A stretch of 59,162 bases of DNA, from the NCBI GenBank assembly GCA_041573795.1, contig JBFFQB010000003.1:1-59162 (forward strand), read 5' to 3'. This DNA comes from Anaerolineales bacterium. Lineage in GTDB: Bacteria > Chloroflexota > Anaerolineae > Anaerolineales > E44-bin32. Of this stretch, positions 38,466-48,808 are shown piece by piece; positions within the stretch are counted from its first letter, which is position 1, and every line of letters starts with the position of its first letter. The position numbers and the translations under genes were made by a program. A model generated the notes under the pieces. The model had not been told where the DNA came from. It was given only the letters and a program-made list of their open reading frames with translations, and made no database searches.

Positions 38466-39821
38466 TTAGTCTGGCAACCAAATGCGGATTATCCCGCTTT
38501 CAAGCCCGAGACCGAATCCCAAAGTACCATCTTCAAAGGCGATTCCGGCCAGATTGGTGCTTAGCCTGCTCCCGAGCGGAATCTCCCAATCTAGAAGAAC
38601 CTCACTGCCTTCACGCTGAAAAGCCCCCAGGACATCATAGCCCGTATTCGGGATGAGGCTCTCGATGCGCTGATCGCCATCAAAATCCCCGCTGAGGGCC
38701 ATATCCAGGTTTCCCGATCCGATCTGATGGGAACTGACCCCCTGCACTTCCGCTTTCAACTGCAGTTGTTCTCCGACCCAGGCGAAGTACTGCAACACGC
38801 CCCCGATATGGGGAGTAAGCACAGCCGTAATCTCCACCTCCCCCACGCCTGCATAATCTGCTGCGCTGATCTGATGCCGCCAACGGTATGCCTGGCCTAT
38901 CGCCTCAGAGCGCGCAAGCAAGCGGCCCTCCTCGGCGAAAATCGCTACTGAGGCACCCTGCTCGCGATCACTCACCGTCACAATGATCTCTCGTTGCCCA
39001 TCTCCGTTGAGGTCCTTCCATATAGGACTGACACCTTCGAAAACTTCTTGCTCCTCCAACTGGATCTCGGAGACAACCTCAAGCGTTGGATTGGTCTGAA
39101 CCAGCAGGATACTCCCAGCCTCGAATGCATCCCCCAGGACCCCGTGAGCGTAGCGGTCCGTACTCCGCCCGAGCAGCAATAGGCGCTCCCCTTCATCGAC
39201 GAGCAGCCTTGCATCCGGAAGTCCACCTACCGGCAAGCGCTCAGTTACCTCGCCATTCGCAACATTCAAACCACCATCCTTATCAATGTAAGCCACGCGC
39301 TGACTGCGCGTTAGGAAGACGGGCGCAGAGGGTGCAGATGCGTTCGGATCGTTCGAGCGAAGCAGATAGACTGATTCTCCATCGGAATAGACCGATGGTT
39401 GTGTCCCGGCTGGCAATCTACCGAAATCCAGGCTTAGAGCGCGCACCTCTCGCCCCACCACTTCAAAAGCTTGAACCTCCCCCGAATTCGCTACAGCAAC
39501 CCACCCGCTGCCTTTTTCGGTCTCCACGCCTACCAGCCAGGCTGGTTGGAAGGGTAGATCAAGCTCAATCGGCGTTGTCCGATCGAGAGAACTGCTTCCC
39601 TCAAGAAAATGATTGCCGTCGTCATCGAGATATCCGAAGTGGATATTCTGTTGACCGCTAGCTTCCAGCTCAGGCAGCCTGGCTATGCTATCAACTGGCT
39701 GATCTGGCGCTTCGCCAGCAATATGCGATGCCTGCATGGGTGCTGTACGAGGTTGACTCGCTTGGCAGCTCACAAGCATAAATGCGATGGCGAGTGGCAA
39801 GAAGATGGACTCTCGTTTCAT
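38466..39821 (-). CDS. Lipoprotein with FG-GAP/VCBS-like repeats (beta-propeller-like)
   Basis: Lipobox MLVSC. DLNGDGQREI and GDFDGDQRIE are Ca-binding FG-GAP-type loops. Confidence 0.6.
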   Translation of the reverse strand: MKRESIFLPLAIAFMLVSCQASQPRTAPMQASHIAGEAPDQPVDSIARLPELEASGQQNIHFGYLDDDGNHFLEGSSSLDRTTPIELDLPFQPAWLVGVETEKGSGWVAVANSGEVQAFEVVGREVRALSLDFGRLPAGTQPSVYSDGESVYLLRSNDPNASAPSAPVFLTRSQRVAYIDKDGGLNVANGEVTERLPVGGLPDARLLVDEGERLLLLGRSTDRYAHGVLGDAFEAGSILLVQTNPTLEVVSEIQLEEQEVFEGVSPIWKDLNGDGQREIIVTVSDREQGASVAIFAEEGRLLARSEAIGQAYRWRHQISAADYAGVGEVEITAVLTPHIGGVLQYFAWVGEQLQLKAEVQGVSSHQIGSGNLDMALSGDFDGDQRIESLIPNTGYDVLGAFQREGSEVLLDWEIPLGSRLSTNLAGIAFEDGTLGFGLGLESGIIRIWLPD

Positions 39822-40020
39822 CTACTCCCCTGAGAATACAGGTATATAAAGGGTTATTTCACCGACAAGTTCTATATGCTTGCATATATTGTATCCGCAC
39901 GACTTGACATGGATTGTCATCTAGCCTCCCCTAATGTAAGCTCATTCTCGATCCAATCGACCTTGATCGCCGTACTCAAGGCAAGATGGTAAAAGAATCA
40001 AGATCGATCGAGGCTCAAGC

Positions 40021-41166
40021 ATGACAACAGCCTATGTGTTGGAAAAAGTAGTAAGTGAGCAGGCTCGAAAAGCCTACCTTCGTTTTCCCTATTCTCTCTA
40101 CCGTCATGATCCCAACTGGATCCCTCGTCCCTGGCCAGATCAACTCGCCTGGCTGCGCCGAGAGCACGGTTTCTTTGAGCATGCCGAAGCGGATTGGTTC
40201 ATCCTGCGAGATGGCAAGAGGATCTTAGGCACAATCGGGGTTGCCGTTGATCATCCATCCAACCTGCATCTGGGACGGCGTGATGCCATCTTCGGCTTCT
40301 TTGAGTTTATTGAGGATCAGAGCGTCTTTGGAAACCTGATCAAGGGAGCTGCGGATTGGGCGCGAGAGCGGGGCTGCACCCACCTACTCGGGCCCCGCAG
40401 CTTCACAAGCAATGACTATCCGGGGTTCCTGCTCGGACGGTACGACACGCCAGCGGCGTTGTATGAAGGCCACACCCCGCCCTACTATGCGATTTTTGCA
40501 GAAACTGCAGGCTGGGCGATCGAATCAGATACGCTGGCCTACAGAGCGATCCGAGCTCACTATGGCGAGGACCTGGAGAACATGCCCGCGAAATTGTTTC
40601 GGGTAGCTCAACGGGCGGTGCGAAACAAGCGCATCGACGTTCGACAGGCAGACTTGACTCAGTTTGACCGTGAATTCAAGATCGTCCTCGGCCTTTATAA
40701 CCTTGCATTGAGTCGCTTGCGCGATTTCGTGCCAATGACCGAAGCACAATTTCGAGGCTTTGCCGAGAGTCTCAAACCCGTACTGCAGGAAGATATGATC
40801 CTCTTTGCTATGGTCGATGGTGAGGAAGTCGGCTTCGCTCTAGCCTTGCCCAATCTCGCCGAAGCCTTCCTTCACACGGGAGGCTTGCGTTACCCCTGGA
40901 ATTATCTACAACTCTGGTGGCGCGCACCCAGGGTTCGCAGCGGGTCCTTCAAGATCCTGGCCGTCGACCCTGACTACTGGGGCTTGGGTTTGGAGGCTTT
41001 GATGTTCGTGAAGATGATCGAGGCCTTTCTTAAGCGGGGGTATGAGTGGGTTGATTGCAGCCTCACCGGCGGAGACAACCCCTACACGCATAAACTGGCC
41101 TCAAGCTTCGGGCTGGAGGAATACAAGCGCTACAGGTTGTTTCGGTTCAGCATTGATACATCGTAG
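40021..41166 (+). CDS. Hypothetical protein, GNAT-like acyltransferase fold suspected
   Basis: 381 aa. Conserved-looking N-terminus (FPYSLYRHDPNWIPRPW) and a C-terminal region with a GNAT-like pattern (FALALPN...ILAVDPDYWGLGLEALM). Weak call. Confidence 0.5.
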   Translation: MTTAYVLEKVVSEQARKAYLRFPYSLYRHDPNWIPRPWPDQLAWLRREHGFFEHAEADWFILRDGKRILGTIGVAVDHPSNLHLGRRDAIFGFFEFIEDQSVFGNLIKGAADWARERGCTHLLGPRSFTSNDYPGFLLGRYDTPAALYEGHTPPYYAIFAETAGWAIESDTLAYRAIRAHYGEDLENMPAKLFRVAQRAVRNKRIDVRQADLTQFDREFKIVLGLYNLALSRLRDFVPMTEAQFRGFAESLKPVLQEDMILFAMVDGEEVGFALALPNLAEAFLHTGGLRYPWNYLQLWWRAPRVRSGSFKILAVDPDYWGLGLEALMFVKMIEAFLKRGYEWVDCSLTGGDNPYTHKLASSFGLEEYKRYRLFRFSIDTS

Positions 41167-41192
41167 ACCTGCAATTTAACGAACTTCGTCGA

Positions 41193-42353
41193 TTAGAAAA
41201 CTCCCTCCAGACTCTTAAAGTATCCGGTTAACTCCACGAATCCCTGACCTGCGACCGGCTTTGCTCCTACCGAACCCTGCACCGTCACAGAACCCTCCCA
41301 ATAAATAAAACTCACGAGCATTTCCTGATCTTTAAAGGCCGGTGTGATCTCCAACTCAATTTGCTCGTTTGGAATCTTCACCAGCCACCCCATAGGATAA
41401 ACCGCGCCACTTGCCGGACTTTCCCACTGCTCCAGGGCAACAATCGAGAATTCTTCCAGACCGAGATGATTCAAGGATCCATCCGGTCGAATAAGCGTTC
41501 CAGCCGAAACCGGCTCTATCGATCCATCCTCTCTCCGCAAAACGTACAGCATCAGTTCTTGTTGGTCATCTAGCTGCAAGCTAAACCAGTCCCACCCCAC
41601 CACGCCATTTCCCAGCGCAGTCGTACTCCACTCGTGATCGAACCAGCTTGTGCCATCCACCTGAAAAGTCTGACTTTCAAAACGAATGGTCCCTGCTGTT
41701 TTCATCCGGGTGAAACTAAGATAATAGGAAGCGCTTCCGACTTGTAAACCCTTGGCGCTCACGCCGCCGTCACCATGCAACACGAGCGGTTTTACCGCTT
41801 CGAGCTCCAAGTCGAGCGCAATATCCTGCTCCTCTGCCATGAGTCGCACGTGGCGGCCTTCTACATCCAGTGTGCTGATCCGCCAATCCTCTAGGAAAAC
41901 CTCATATGGTTCATTGCTGGCATGCGCGAGCCCCAAAGCACCCCGGCTGAAACGTTCATAGAAACGATGATCGGCCTGATCAATAGATGCAATGGCAAAA
42001 TGGGCAAAATAAACCTGGTTCGTAGCGAAATTCGAATCGCGATCGACATCCACCTGAGATAGGCCTCGACGAAAAATCGTCAATTGATAGCCAAAGCGTT
42101 CTCCCTGTTCGGCAATCAGGTTCCCGGTGTAATACCACCATTCATTTTGAAAATCCGGGTGGGGTCCATGATCGCTGGGAAAGTTAAAATCCTGTGATTG
42201 AAGCACCTGCTCAAAGCTCTCCTGCGCTCCCGGAGTTGCCAGGCGTAATTGAGCTCCCACGACTGGATCATCCGTGGCAAGTGGGGCGCAAGCAGCCAGG
42301 CCCAATAGCGAAATCACAGCCAGTGACCTGATCCAAGCTATAAGGTAACGCAT
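41193..42353 (-). CDS. AttH/CrtC-like (hydroxyneurosporene synthase-like plus lipocalin-like) lipoprotein
   Basis: Lipobox LGLAAC. FPSDHGPHPDFQNEWWYYTGNL is the characteristic CrtC/AttH N-terminal motif. It starts 3 nt after the MacB-type permease gene ends. Confidence 0.8.
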   Translation of the reverse strand: MRYLIAWIRSLAVISLLGLAACAPLATDDPVVGAQLRLATPGAQESFEQVLQSQDFNFPSDHGPHPDFQNEWWYYTGNLIAEQGERFGYQLTIFRRGLSQVDVDRDSNFATNQVYFAHFAIASIDQADHRFYERFSRGALGLAHASNEPYEVFLEDWRISTLDVEGRHVRLMAEEQDIALDLELEAVKPLVLHGDGGVSAKGLQVGSASYYLSFTRMKTAGTIRFESQTFQVDGTSWFDHEWSTTALGNGVVGWDWFSLQLDDQQELMLYVLRREDGSIEPVSAGTLIRPDGSLNHLGLEEFSIVALEQWESPASGAVYPMGWLVKIPNEQIELEITPAFKDQEMLVSFIYWEGSVTVQGSVGAKPVAGQGFVELTGYFKSLEGVF

Positions 42354-42356
42354 GCA

Positions 42357-44894
42357 CTATTCCTCACTCAGGTTTTCCGCAATCGGTTGTCGGATCAATC
42401 GGATAGCGGGATAGATCCCTGCAATCAACGCGGCTGCCACGGCAGTAATCACCGCACCTAGAAAGATGATGGGATCGAGCACCATTTCAATCGTCCATCC
42501 AAAAGAGCGCAGGTTGATGACATAGATCAGGACCAAAGCCAGGATGGCGCCGGTGGGGATCGCCAGTATGCCGGAGACCAGACCCATCAAACCTGTCTCA
42601 AGCGAGGTCAACAGCCACAAATCCCGCTGTCGTAAACCCAGGGCTTGCATGGTCGCAAATTCCTTGGCACGTTCCATTTGCAACGCCATCAGGGCACTGA
42701 TCACACCGATGAAAGCCACCAGGACTGCCAGGAGTCTTAGCGCAGAGGTGATCAGAAAAGTCCGGTCGAAGATTTCTAAAGCCTGCATGCGAAGGTTGCG
42801 ATTGGCTTGAACAAGTAGACCCCGACCTCGTAGCTTTGCGCGGACATCATCCTGAACCGTATCCAGGTTTGTATCGGATTCCAGGTGCAGGGCGATCGAG
42901 GATATAAATGGGTCATTGAAATAACGCTGGTAGGTTGTCCTGCTCATTAAAACGGTTCCGCGCTCGGAAGTGTAGTCATAATAGATACCCACTATCGGGA
43001 AGCTCTGCGGGCCGAGGTCGGTTTCAAGTGTCAGTTGGCCCCCTGAAGGCGGTATTTGGTAGTGAAAGGCGAAAGGCTCACTGACGATCAATGCACCCTG
43101 TTGCACTTGTCGCCAAACATCGGCTGGTGTCCCACTGCTATAGCGATAGAGGTCTGCCGCCCGTTCGCGCTGGGCGTCAACAGCGATCACAAACACCTCA
43201 CCTTGATCGCTTGGAACCGTGATAGCACGTACAGTCTCTACCTCAGCGACACCGTCAACTTCTCCTAAAAGTGTGGCCAACCCGGGATCAAGGCTAGCAT
43301 TTGGACGGGCACTGCCATAGGTTGGGGCTGAGATAAAGAGGTCAGCTTGCAGCGTGAGATCGAGCCAGTTCACCACCGTCGTTCGAAAGCTGGAAATCAT
43401 CATACCCACGCCGATCGCCACCGAAAGCGACACCATTAAAGCCGCGACCGCCACACTTGTGCGGCTCATCGAGCGCATGATCGTTCCTACACTCATTCGT
43501 CCAATCGATCCAAACAACCGGGCCAGGATTGGACGGGCTAGTCGCGCGGATGCCATCAGTGAAACCGGCACCATCAATGCGAGGCCAATGAGGATCAGGA
43601 ACAACGCCCCAAAGCTTGCGACCAGGGAGGTGCGCACCAAGAATAAGATGGTGCTGCCGATCAAAGTCAGGATGATCCCGCCAACACCAATCAAGGGGAT
43701 CAGCCTTCGTGCTCGACTTTCGAGGTCACTTCTTTGTAAGGCAACCACTTCGGGTACGCGTGATGCTTCCCAAGCCGGAGCAAGCGCTGCGATCAAGCTT
43801 GCTCCTATCCCGGCCGATAGCGCTTTAAGTAATGAAAATCCCGTCAACGTGACGGAGCGTACGTTCACAACATAGTACAAATCATTGATCGTCTGTGAAA
43901 CCAGCTGAACTGCTCCACGCCCCAGCCCCCAACCTACCCCCATCCCAAGTAGAGAACCCAGCACTCCGATCAGCCCGGATTCAATTATGATCAAAATGAA
44001 AATCTGACGATTCGTTGCCCCTAAGGTGCGAAAGATCCCAAGAATATGGCGCCGTTGCAGCACAGTGAACATGGTGGCGTTGTAGATCAAGAACATGCCC
44101 ACAACAAGTCCTAACAAGCTCAGGGCTTGCAGGTTAAGTTCGAACGCTTCTGTCAATTGATCTAATGTCGACTGCTGTTCACTCGCAGGGGTAAGTTGGA
44201 GGCCTGCAGGCAATTTTGCCTCAAGCTCCAACGCTTGCTCGGGTGAGATGATCAGATCAATGCGGGAGAGGCGGCCAACGATGTTATATGCCTCTTGTGC
44301 CGTGGCAATATCGACAAAGATGACATCTTCCAACCCCTGGCGTGAGCTCTCTTCACCCGGATCGAGGATGGCGATGATTTTGAATTCAAGGATTTGATCG
44401 TTGATCTGGAGCTGCAGTGGGGCTCCAGGTTCTAACGTTAAGCGCTGCGCAAGAGTCTCACTGATGAGTATGGCGGTTGGATCGAGGAAGAACGCCTCAA
44501 AACCACCCTGTATGAGGATATCATTCCGTAGATAATCTCTGAAGGGCGCCTCCGCAAAGGGATCTACACCAAGGATACGCAAGGGCAGGTTGTTAAATTC
44601 GAGGGCGATGGCAGAACCCTCAACAACTGGGGCAGCCCGGCTCAGCCCATATTCAACCCGTAATTCCCGGTAAAAATCCTCCGGTACCCCACTGGGTCCA
44701 CCCCTGATCTGATGGGTCGTTCTCCCCACCAGCGCTTCTGTGCTGAGCCGAAACGCTTTATTGGCACTCTGATTGGCCAGATCGATGGCGATGATCACCC
44801 CAACCCCCAGGGCAATCCCGGCGATCATCAAGAACAACTGGAGCGGTCGACGCATTAGATCCCTCAAACCTGCTCGCAGAAGACCGCGCGGCAT
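42357..44894 (-). CDS. ABC transporter permease, duplicated FtsX/MacB type (845 aa)
   Basis: Two FtsX-like 4-TM modules separated by large extracytoplasmic domains. Paired with a MacB/LolD-type ATPase. Confidence 0.88.
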   Translation of the reverse strand: MPRGLLRAGLRDLMRRPLQLFLMIAGIALGVGVIIAIDLANQSANKAFRLSTEALVGRTTHQIRGGPSGVPEDFYRELRVEYGLSRAAPVVEGSAIALEFNNLPLRILGVDPFAEAPFRDYLRNDILIQGGFEAFFLDPTAILISETLAQRLTLEPGAPLQLQINDQILEFKIIAILDPGEESSRQGLEDVIFVDIATAQEAYNIVGRLSRIDLIISPEQALELEAKLPAGLQLTPASEQQSTLDQLTEAFELNLQALSLLGLVVGMFLIYNATMFTVLQRRHILGIFRTLGATNRQIFILIIIESGLIGVLGSLLGMGVGWGLGRGAVQLVSQTINDLYYVVNVRSVTLTGFSLLKALSAGIGASLIAALAPAWEASRVPEVVALQRSDLESRARRLIPLIGVGGIILTLIGSTILFLVRTSLVASFGALFLILIGLALMVPVSLMASARLARPILARLFGSIGRMSVGTIMRSMSRTSVAVAALMVSLSVAIGVGMMISSFRTTVVNWLDLTLQADLFISAPTYGSARPNASLDPGLATLLGEVDGVAEVETVRAITVPSDQGEVFVIAVDAQRERAADLYRYSSGTPADVWRQVQQGALIVSEPFAFHYQIPPSGGQLTLETDLGPQSFPIVGIYYDYTSERGTVLMSRTTYQRYFNDPFISSIALHLESDTNLDTVQDDVRAKLRGRGLLVQANRNLRMQALEIFDRTFLITSALRLLAVLVAFIGVISALMALQMERAKEFATMQALGLRQRDLWLLTSLETGLMGLVSGILAIPTGAILALVLIYVINLRSFGWTIEMVLDPIIFLGAVITAVAAALIAGIYPAIRLIRQPIAENLSEE

Positions 44895-44994
44895 CAGGTT
44901 GCCTTTCCCATTTCGAGGTTCGTCTCGGGAATGGAAGAAGGTAGGTTCGTTTTACGAGGGAAGGAACGCCTTATCAAAGAGTAAATTTCAGCGC

Positions 44995-45702
44995 TCATGA
45001 TTCATATGCGTTGAGAACGCCATTTTCAAGATACAAGACTCTGTCGGCACGGTTGGCCAGCGTGTGGCTATGTGTCACCATAATGAGCGTTGTATCGGAA
45101 TCCTCACGCAGTGTGCTTAATAGTTTTAAGACATCGTCGCCCGTTTTTTGATCAAGGTTTCCGGTTGGCTCATCAGCCAGGATCACCATCGGTTTCAGCA
45201 TCACCGCGCGCGCCAGTGCCACGCGTTGCTGCTCACCACCGGAGAGTCGATCCGGCGTATCAGACTCACGCCCTTGTAGGCCTACCTGTCCGAGCAACTC
45301 CAGCGCCCGCGCTTGCGCCTGCTTCAGATCGACCTTCGATAATTCTGCCGGGAGCAGGACATTTTCCAGCAAGGATAGTGTTGGAATTAGATTGAAGAAT
45401 TGGAAGACAAAACCAATGTGGTCTCTACGATAGAGTGTGCGTTGCTCGCGCGGCAAATCGCTGAAAGGTAGACCGCCATAGTAGATCTTTCCACTGGTCG
45501 GGTCATCGATCCCGGCAAGGAGATTGAGCAGTGTTGTCTTCCCGCTTCCACTGCGCCCACGAATGGCAACAAACTCACCCTCTTGAAAGGTGACGCTGAG
45601 GTTGTTCAATACCACCCGTGACTTCCCGGCTTGCTGGTAGCTTTTAGTAAGGCCTTCGAGGCGAATTTCTTGATCCTCATTTCGTTCAGTTAATGATCTC
45701 AT
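44995..45702 (-). CDS. ABC transporter ATP-binding protein (MacB/LolD-like)
   Basis: GRSGSGKTT Walker [15 protein letters not shown] signature, [11 protein letters not shown] Walker B. Confidence 0.95.
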   Translation of the reverse strand: MRSLTERNEDQEIRLEGLTKSYQQAGKSRVVLNNLSVTFQEGEFVAIRGRSGSGKTTLLNLLAGIDDPTSGKIYYGGLPFSDLPREQRTLYRRDHIGFVFQFFNLIPTLSLLENVLLPAELSKVDLKQAQARALELLGQVGLQGRESDTPDRLSGGEQQRVALARAVMLKPMVILADEPTGNLDQKTGDDVLKLLSTLREDSDTTLIMVTHSHTLANRADRVLYLENGVLNAYES

Positions 45703-45895
45703 GACGCGCAGTGCCTCCAGCGCTTTCTACCATCCTGCATCAAGATGTCCGTGGGGGAAGTTTTCGACCGCGAGCCTTTTCCTTGGCCACTACCCTCGTA
45801 TCAACGGAAAAGGTTCAATTGAAGTGTATCACACGCGCAAGCGCAGTCCGGGATGGATGCCCTGGAGAGCATGACCTGGAAACGTGACGGTTGAG

Positions 45896-47260
45896 CTACC
45901 TGAGCGGGATGATCGTCGAGTCGATCATATCCCCCTCAAGATTGAAAGCCTGGAGTGAAATATCGTCCGCATTGATCGTCAGCAATACATAATGCGATAC
46001 TGCTTCAAAGTGGATGCTTTCATCGCGCCGCTGCTCGAGAGGGTAAAGCACTGATGACCCCCCACCGCTGACGACGTACGTAATGCCATTGCGCTCGAGA
46101 CGTTCATAATTGTGATCATGCCCGGAAAGCACTAGCGCCACGTTAGATGCCTCAAATGCAGGCAGCCAGGAGCTGACAACCACCAAACCATCCAAGTTAT
46201 GACGTCCACTGGTCAGGGGCGGGACGTGGAAAACGACAATCGTCGTTTGAAAACGGCCATCTGCCAGGCGAGATTCGAGCCAGGCATCCTGTTCTTGACG
46301 TGCTGGACCCCCGTATAGCTGCTGCGTATTCAAGAAGAGAATTTGAAGGGTTTCCAGCTCCAAAGCGTACCAATGCCGTTCGAGTACTCCCGGTTCACGC
46401 TGCCAACCACCTCCCAACTCCTCAATAGGCGGGAAGGCATGGAAATAATAGGGCCGGTTTTGGAAGAGCGCATCGCCATCCAGCTCATGATTCCCGAGAA
46501 CGGGGTAAAGCACAGTGCGCTTCAGCAGGCTGGCGAGGGTCTGGTACCACTTTGCCTGGTAAGCCGCTTGAGGGCTGCCCTCCTGATAGGCCAGATAGAC
46601 CAGATCGCCTGTATGAATGACCAGATCGGGATCCCGGCTTGATACTTGCGCAGCAAGATCCTTCGTGACCTCTTCCCCGAAGCCGGAATCTCCGAAAACA
46701 CCGATGCTGAGCGGAAAATATTCTTCTGTCGTCATTTTCACTTCGATTGGGCCCCAGATCTCGTCCATGAAAGTGGGTATTCGATCAAATCCATCTGCTC
46801 CAGGAAGTGCAACCGCGACGTGGTAGGCCTGGCCCGGTTTAAGCGCCGTAAGGGTTATGAGATGCCGGGTGTCATCAGCGCCGAAACCCTGAAAATTGGC
46901 CTGCTGGAAGGGGGTGTCAACAGGCCACCAGTACAGCCGCCCTTCTCTGGCCTGCTCCAATTCAAACAAGACCACGAGTTTGTCACGCATTCTATGCTGG
47001 ACATGCAGGGGAATGGAAAATCCCTCTTCGCCAGTTTCAAGCAGGAGCGGAACAATGGGTTGAGCCGCCTGAGTCGGCGTTGCCTGAAGCGCTTGCTCAA
47101 CTGTAGGGCTTGCGACAATCATGGTAGCCGAGGGCTGCACCAGGGGAACCTCCATCGAAGGTGCTTCCGGTCGATCTCCACAAGCCGTGTAAAGCCCCAT
47201 AATCCCCAATAGCAGGAGACCCAAACTGGCGGTTCTACTCCAACCAACCCTAGGCTTCAT
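45896..47260 (-). CDS. Metallophosphoesterase lipoprotein (purple-acid-phosphatase-like)
   Basis: Lipobox YTAC. Calcineurin-like motifs GDSG, HTGDLVY, GNHE and GHDHNYE. The start overlaps the mazG-fusion stop region by 11 nt. Confidence 0.8.
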   Translation of the reverse strand: MKPRVGWSRTASLGLLLLGIMGLYTACGDRPEAPSMEVPLVQPSATMIVASPTVEQALQATPTQAAQPIVPLLLETGEEGFSIPLHVQHRMRDKLVVLFELEQAREGRLYWWPVDTPFQQANFQGFGADDTRHLITLTALKPGQAYHVAVALPGADGFDRIPTFMDEIWGPIEVKMTTEEYFPLSIGVFGDSGFGEEVTKDLAAQVSSRDPDLVIHTGDLVYLAYQEGSPQAAYQAKWYQTLASLLKRTVLYPVLGNHELDGDALFQNRPYYFHAFPPIEELGGGWQREPGVLERHWYALELETLQILFLNTQQLYGGPARQEQDAWLESRLADGRFQTTIVVFHVPPLTSGRHNLDGLVVVSSWLPAFEASNVALVLSGHDHNYERLERNGITYVVSGGGSSVLYPLEQRRDESIHFEAVSHYVLLTINADDISLQAFNLEGDMIDSTIIPLR

Positions 47261-48707
47261 ACGCCGACTTCGCCCGTTGCCAGAGCGCCTCCAGCTCCTC
47301 GATATTGAGATCAGCGAGCATCACATCATCTTCACGTGCCAGTCGCTCCACGTGGCGGAAGCGATCTCTAAAGCGCTGGTTTGCCTGCCGTAGTGCAGCT
47401 TCTGGATCTACATCGAGCCAACGGGCATAGTTGACCACGGCGAAGAGAACATCACCGATTTCAAATTCTTGCGCTGCGCTGGTTTCAGCCTGCGCAACCT
47501 CTTGAAGTTCCTCCGCTACTTTCTCGACAACACCCTTCAGTTCTTGCCAATCAAATCCCACCCGGGCTACTCGAGCTTGAATCTCATCCGCCTGCGCCAG
47601 GGCCGGCAAGCCAAGCGGAACCCCATCCAGAAGTCCTCCCGCTGATCCTTTATTATTTCGCTCTTCCTCTTTTAGCGCCTCCCAATTGTGAAGCACCTGA
47701 TCCATTTGATCCAATTCCAGACCTGCGAAAACATGCGGATGTCGGCGGATGAGTTTCTCCTGAATATGGTCAATGACTTGCGACATCATAAAGGTTCCCT
47801 CCTCCGTGGCAATCTGGACCTGCAAGACGATCTGCAGGAGTAGATCTCCCAGTTCTTCCATTAACGCCTGCACGTCGTCACGATCGATTGCATCCAGGGC
47901 TTCGAAGGTCTCTTCCATGAGGTGATTTCGGAGCGATTGATGCGTTTGCTCACGATCCCAAGGGCAACCCTCCGGGGCGCGAAGGTGGGCTACAGTTTCC
48001 TGAAAGGATTCAAAAGATCCCCTGCCCTCGAGCGGTGGGATAAACAGCGTCGTGGTGATATCAAAGTCCTCGCCTCGATCAAGGCTCTCGAGCTGCATGC
48101 TTTCAACACGTGCTGCAGATGAGCCTGCTTGCGAAATCAAGTTGACGGCGTGCGTTGGTGGGTATTGATTGAGCAAGGTCAGCTTGACATCGGCTGCAAC
48201 CATTCTGGAGTGAATCTGAGCGATGAGGACAGCCATATCCGGGGGGAAACTCGGATGGTGTGCATGAGCCAGCTCGAGCGCATCCAGTAGGACCAAGCCA
48301 TCCAGGGCATCGATCTCCAGCAGTTCAAGACAGGGCTCGACAAAACTGATGCCCGGGATCAGGGTCAACTTCAAGCCCTGCTCTTTGGTCAATTCTCGCA
48401 GCCGTGCAACAGTAGCTTCCCCGACGCCTGGATCACCTGGAACTGCGTAGATCACCCCCTGCTCCCGCTGCGCAAGCCCGATCAATTGAGCAACAATGGC
48501 ATCGTAAACCTCATCGAAAGCCTGAGCGCTTTCGTAGAGCGCATCAAAGGAATGGATCGCCAGGCTATCCGGAAGGGCCTGCAAAGCAGGATGCTGCCCG
48601 GTACGCACATAGAGCTCACTTGCGCTAGTGAGGACACGCCAGGCTTCGCGCGTGAGCAAATCTCCTGAAGAAGGCCCCAATCCCACAACAGTGATACCGA
48701 CAGTCAT
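47250..48707 (-). CDS. mazG: Tetrapyrrole-methylase-like domain fused to MazG nucleoside triphosphate pyrophosphohydrolase (YabN-like)
   Basis: N-terminal ITVVGLGPS...VYAVPGDPGVGE (methylase superfamily). C-terminal double MazG repeats (CPWDREQTHQSLRNHLMEETFE, EELGDLLLQ, EIGDVLFAVVN). Confidence 0.88.
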   Translation of the reverse strand: MTVGITVVGLGPSSGDLLTREAWRVLTSASELYVRTGQHPALQALPDSLAIHSFDALYESAQAFDEVYDAIVAQLIGLAQREQGVIYAVPGDPGVGEATVARLRELTKEQGLKLTLIPGISFVEPCLELLEIDALDGLVLLDALELAHAHHPSFPPDMAVLIAQIHSRMVAADVKLTLLNQYPPTHAVNLISQAGSSAARVESMQLESLDRGEDFDITTTLFIPPLEGRGSFESFQETVAHLRAPEGCPWDREQTHQSLRNHLMEETFEALDAIDRDDVQALMEELGDLLLQIVLQVQIATEEGTFMMSQVIDHIQEKLIRRHPHVFAGLELDQMDQVLHNWEALKEEERNNKGSAGGLLDGVPLGLPALAQADEIQARVARVGFDWQELKGVVEKVAEELQEVAQAETSAAQEFEIGDVLFAVVNYARWLDVDPEAALRQANQRFRDRFRHVERLAREDDVMLADLNIEELEALWQRAKSAYEA

Positions 48708-48720
48708 ATACCCCTCCTGT

Positions 48721-48759
48721 TAGAAAACGAAAGGCCGGGGGATTTTCTCCCCGGCCTTT
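48721..48759 (-). terminator. Rho-independent terminator after rpsI (11-bp GC-rich stem plus T tract)
   Basis: The minus strand reads AAAGGCCGGGG-AGAAAATC-CCCCGGCCTTT followed by CGTTTTC. It lies 50 nt downstream of the rpsI stop. Confidence 0.7.
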
Positions 48760-48808
48760 GACTCTATCGTTTAACCGACCACTTGCCAAGATAATAAACG
48801 AAGCTCGG

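Noticed and set aside
39086-39661. A 191-codon plus-strand ORF
   Set aside because: It is antisense to the FG-GAP lipoprotein gene and is P/R/S-rich junk. The same reasoning applies to 43354-43875 (antisense to the FtsX permease), 46646-47212 (antisense to the metallophosphoesterase), 27574-28029 (antisense to the GT39-like gene), 53943-54573 and 54602-55057 (antisense to map/adk), and 57478-57906 (antisense to rpsE/rplR).
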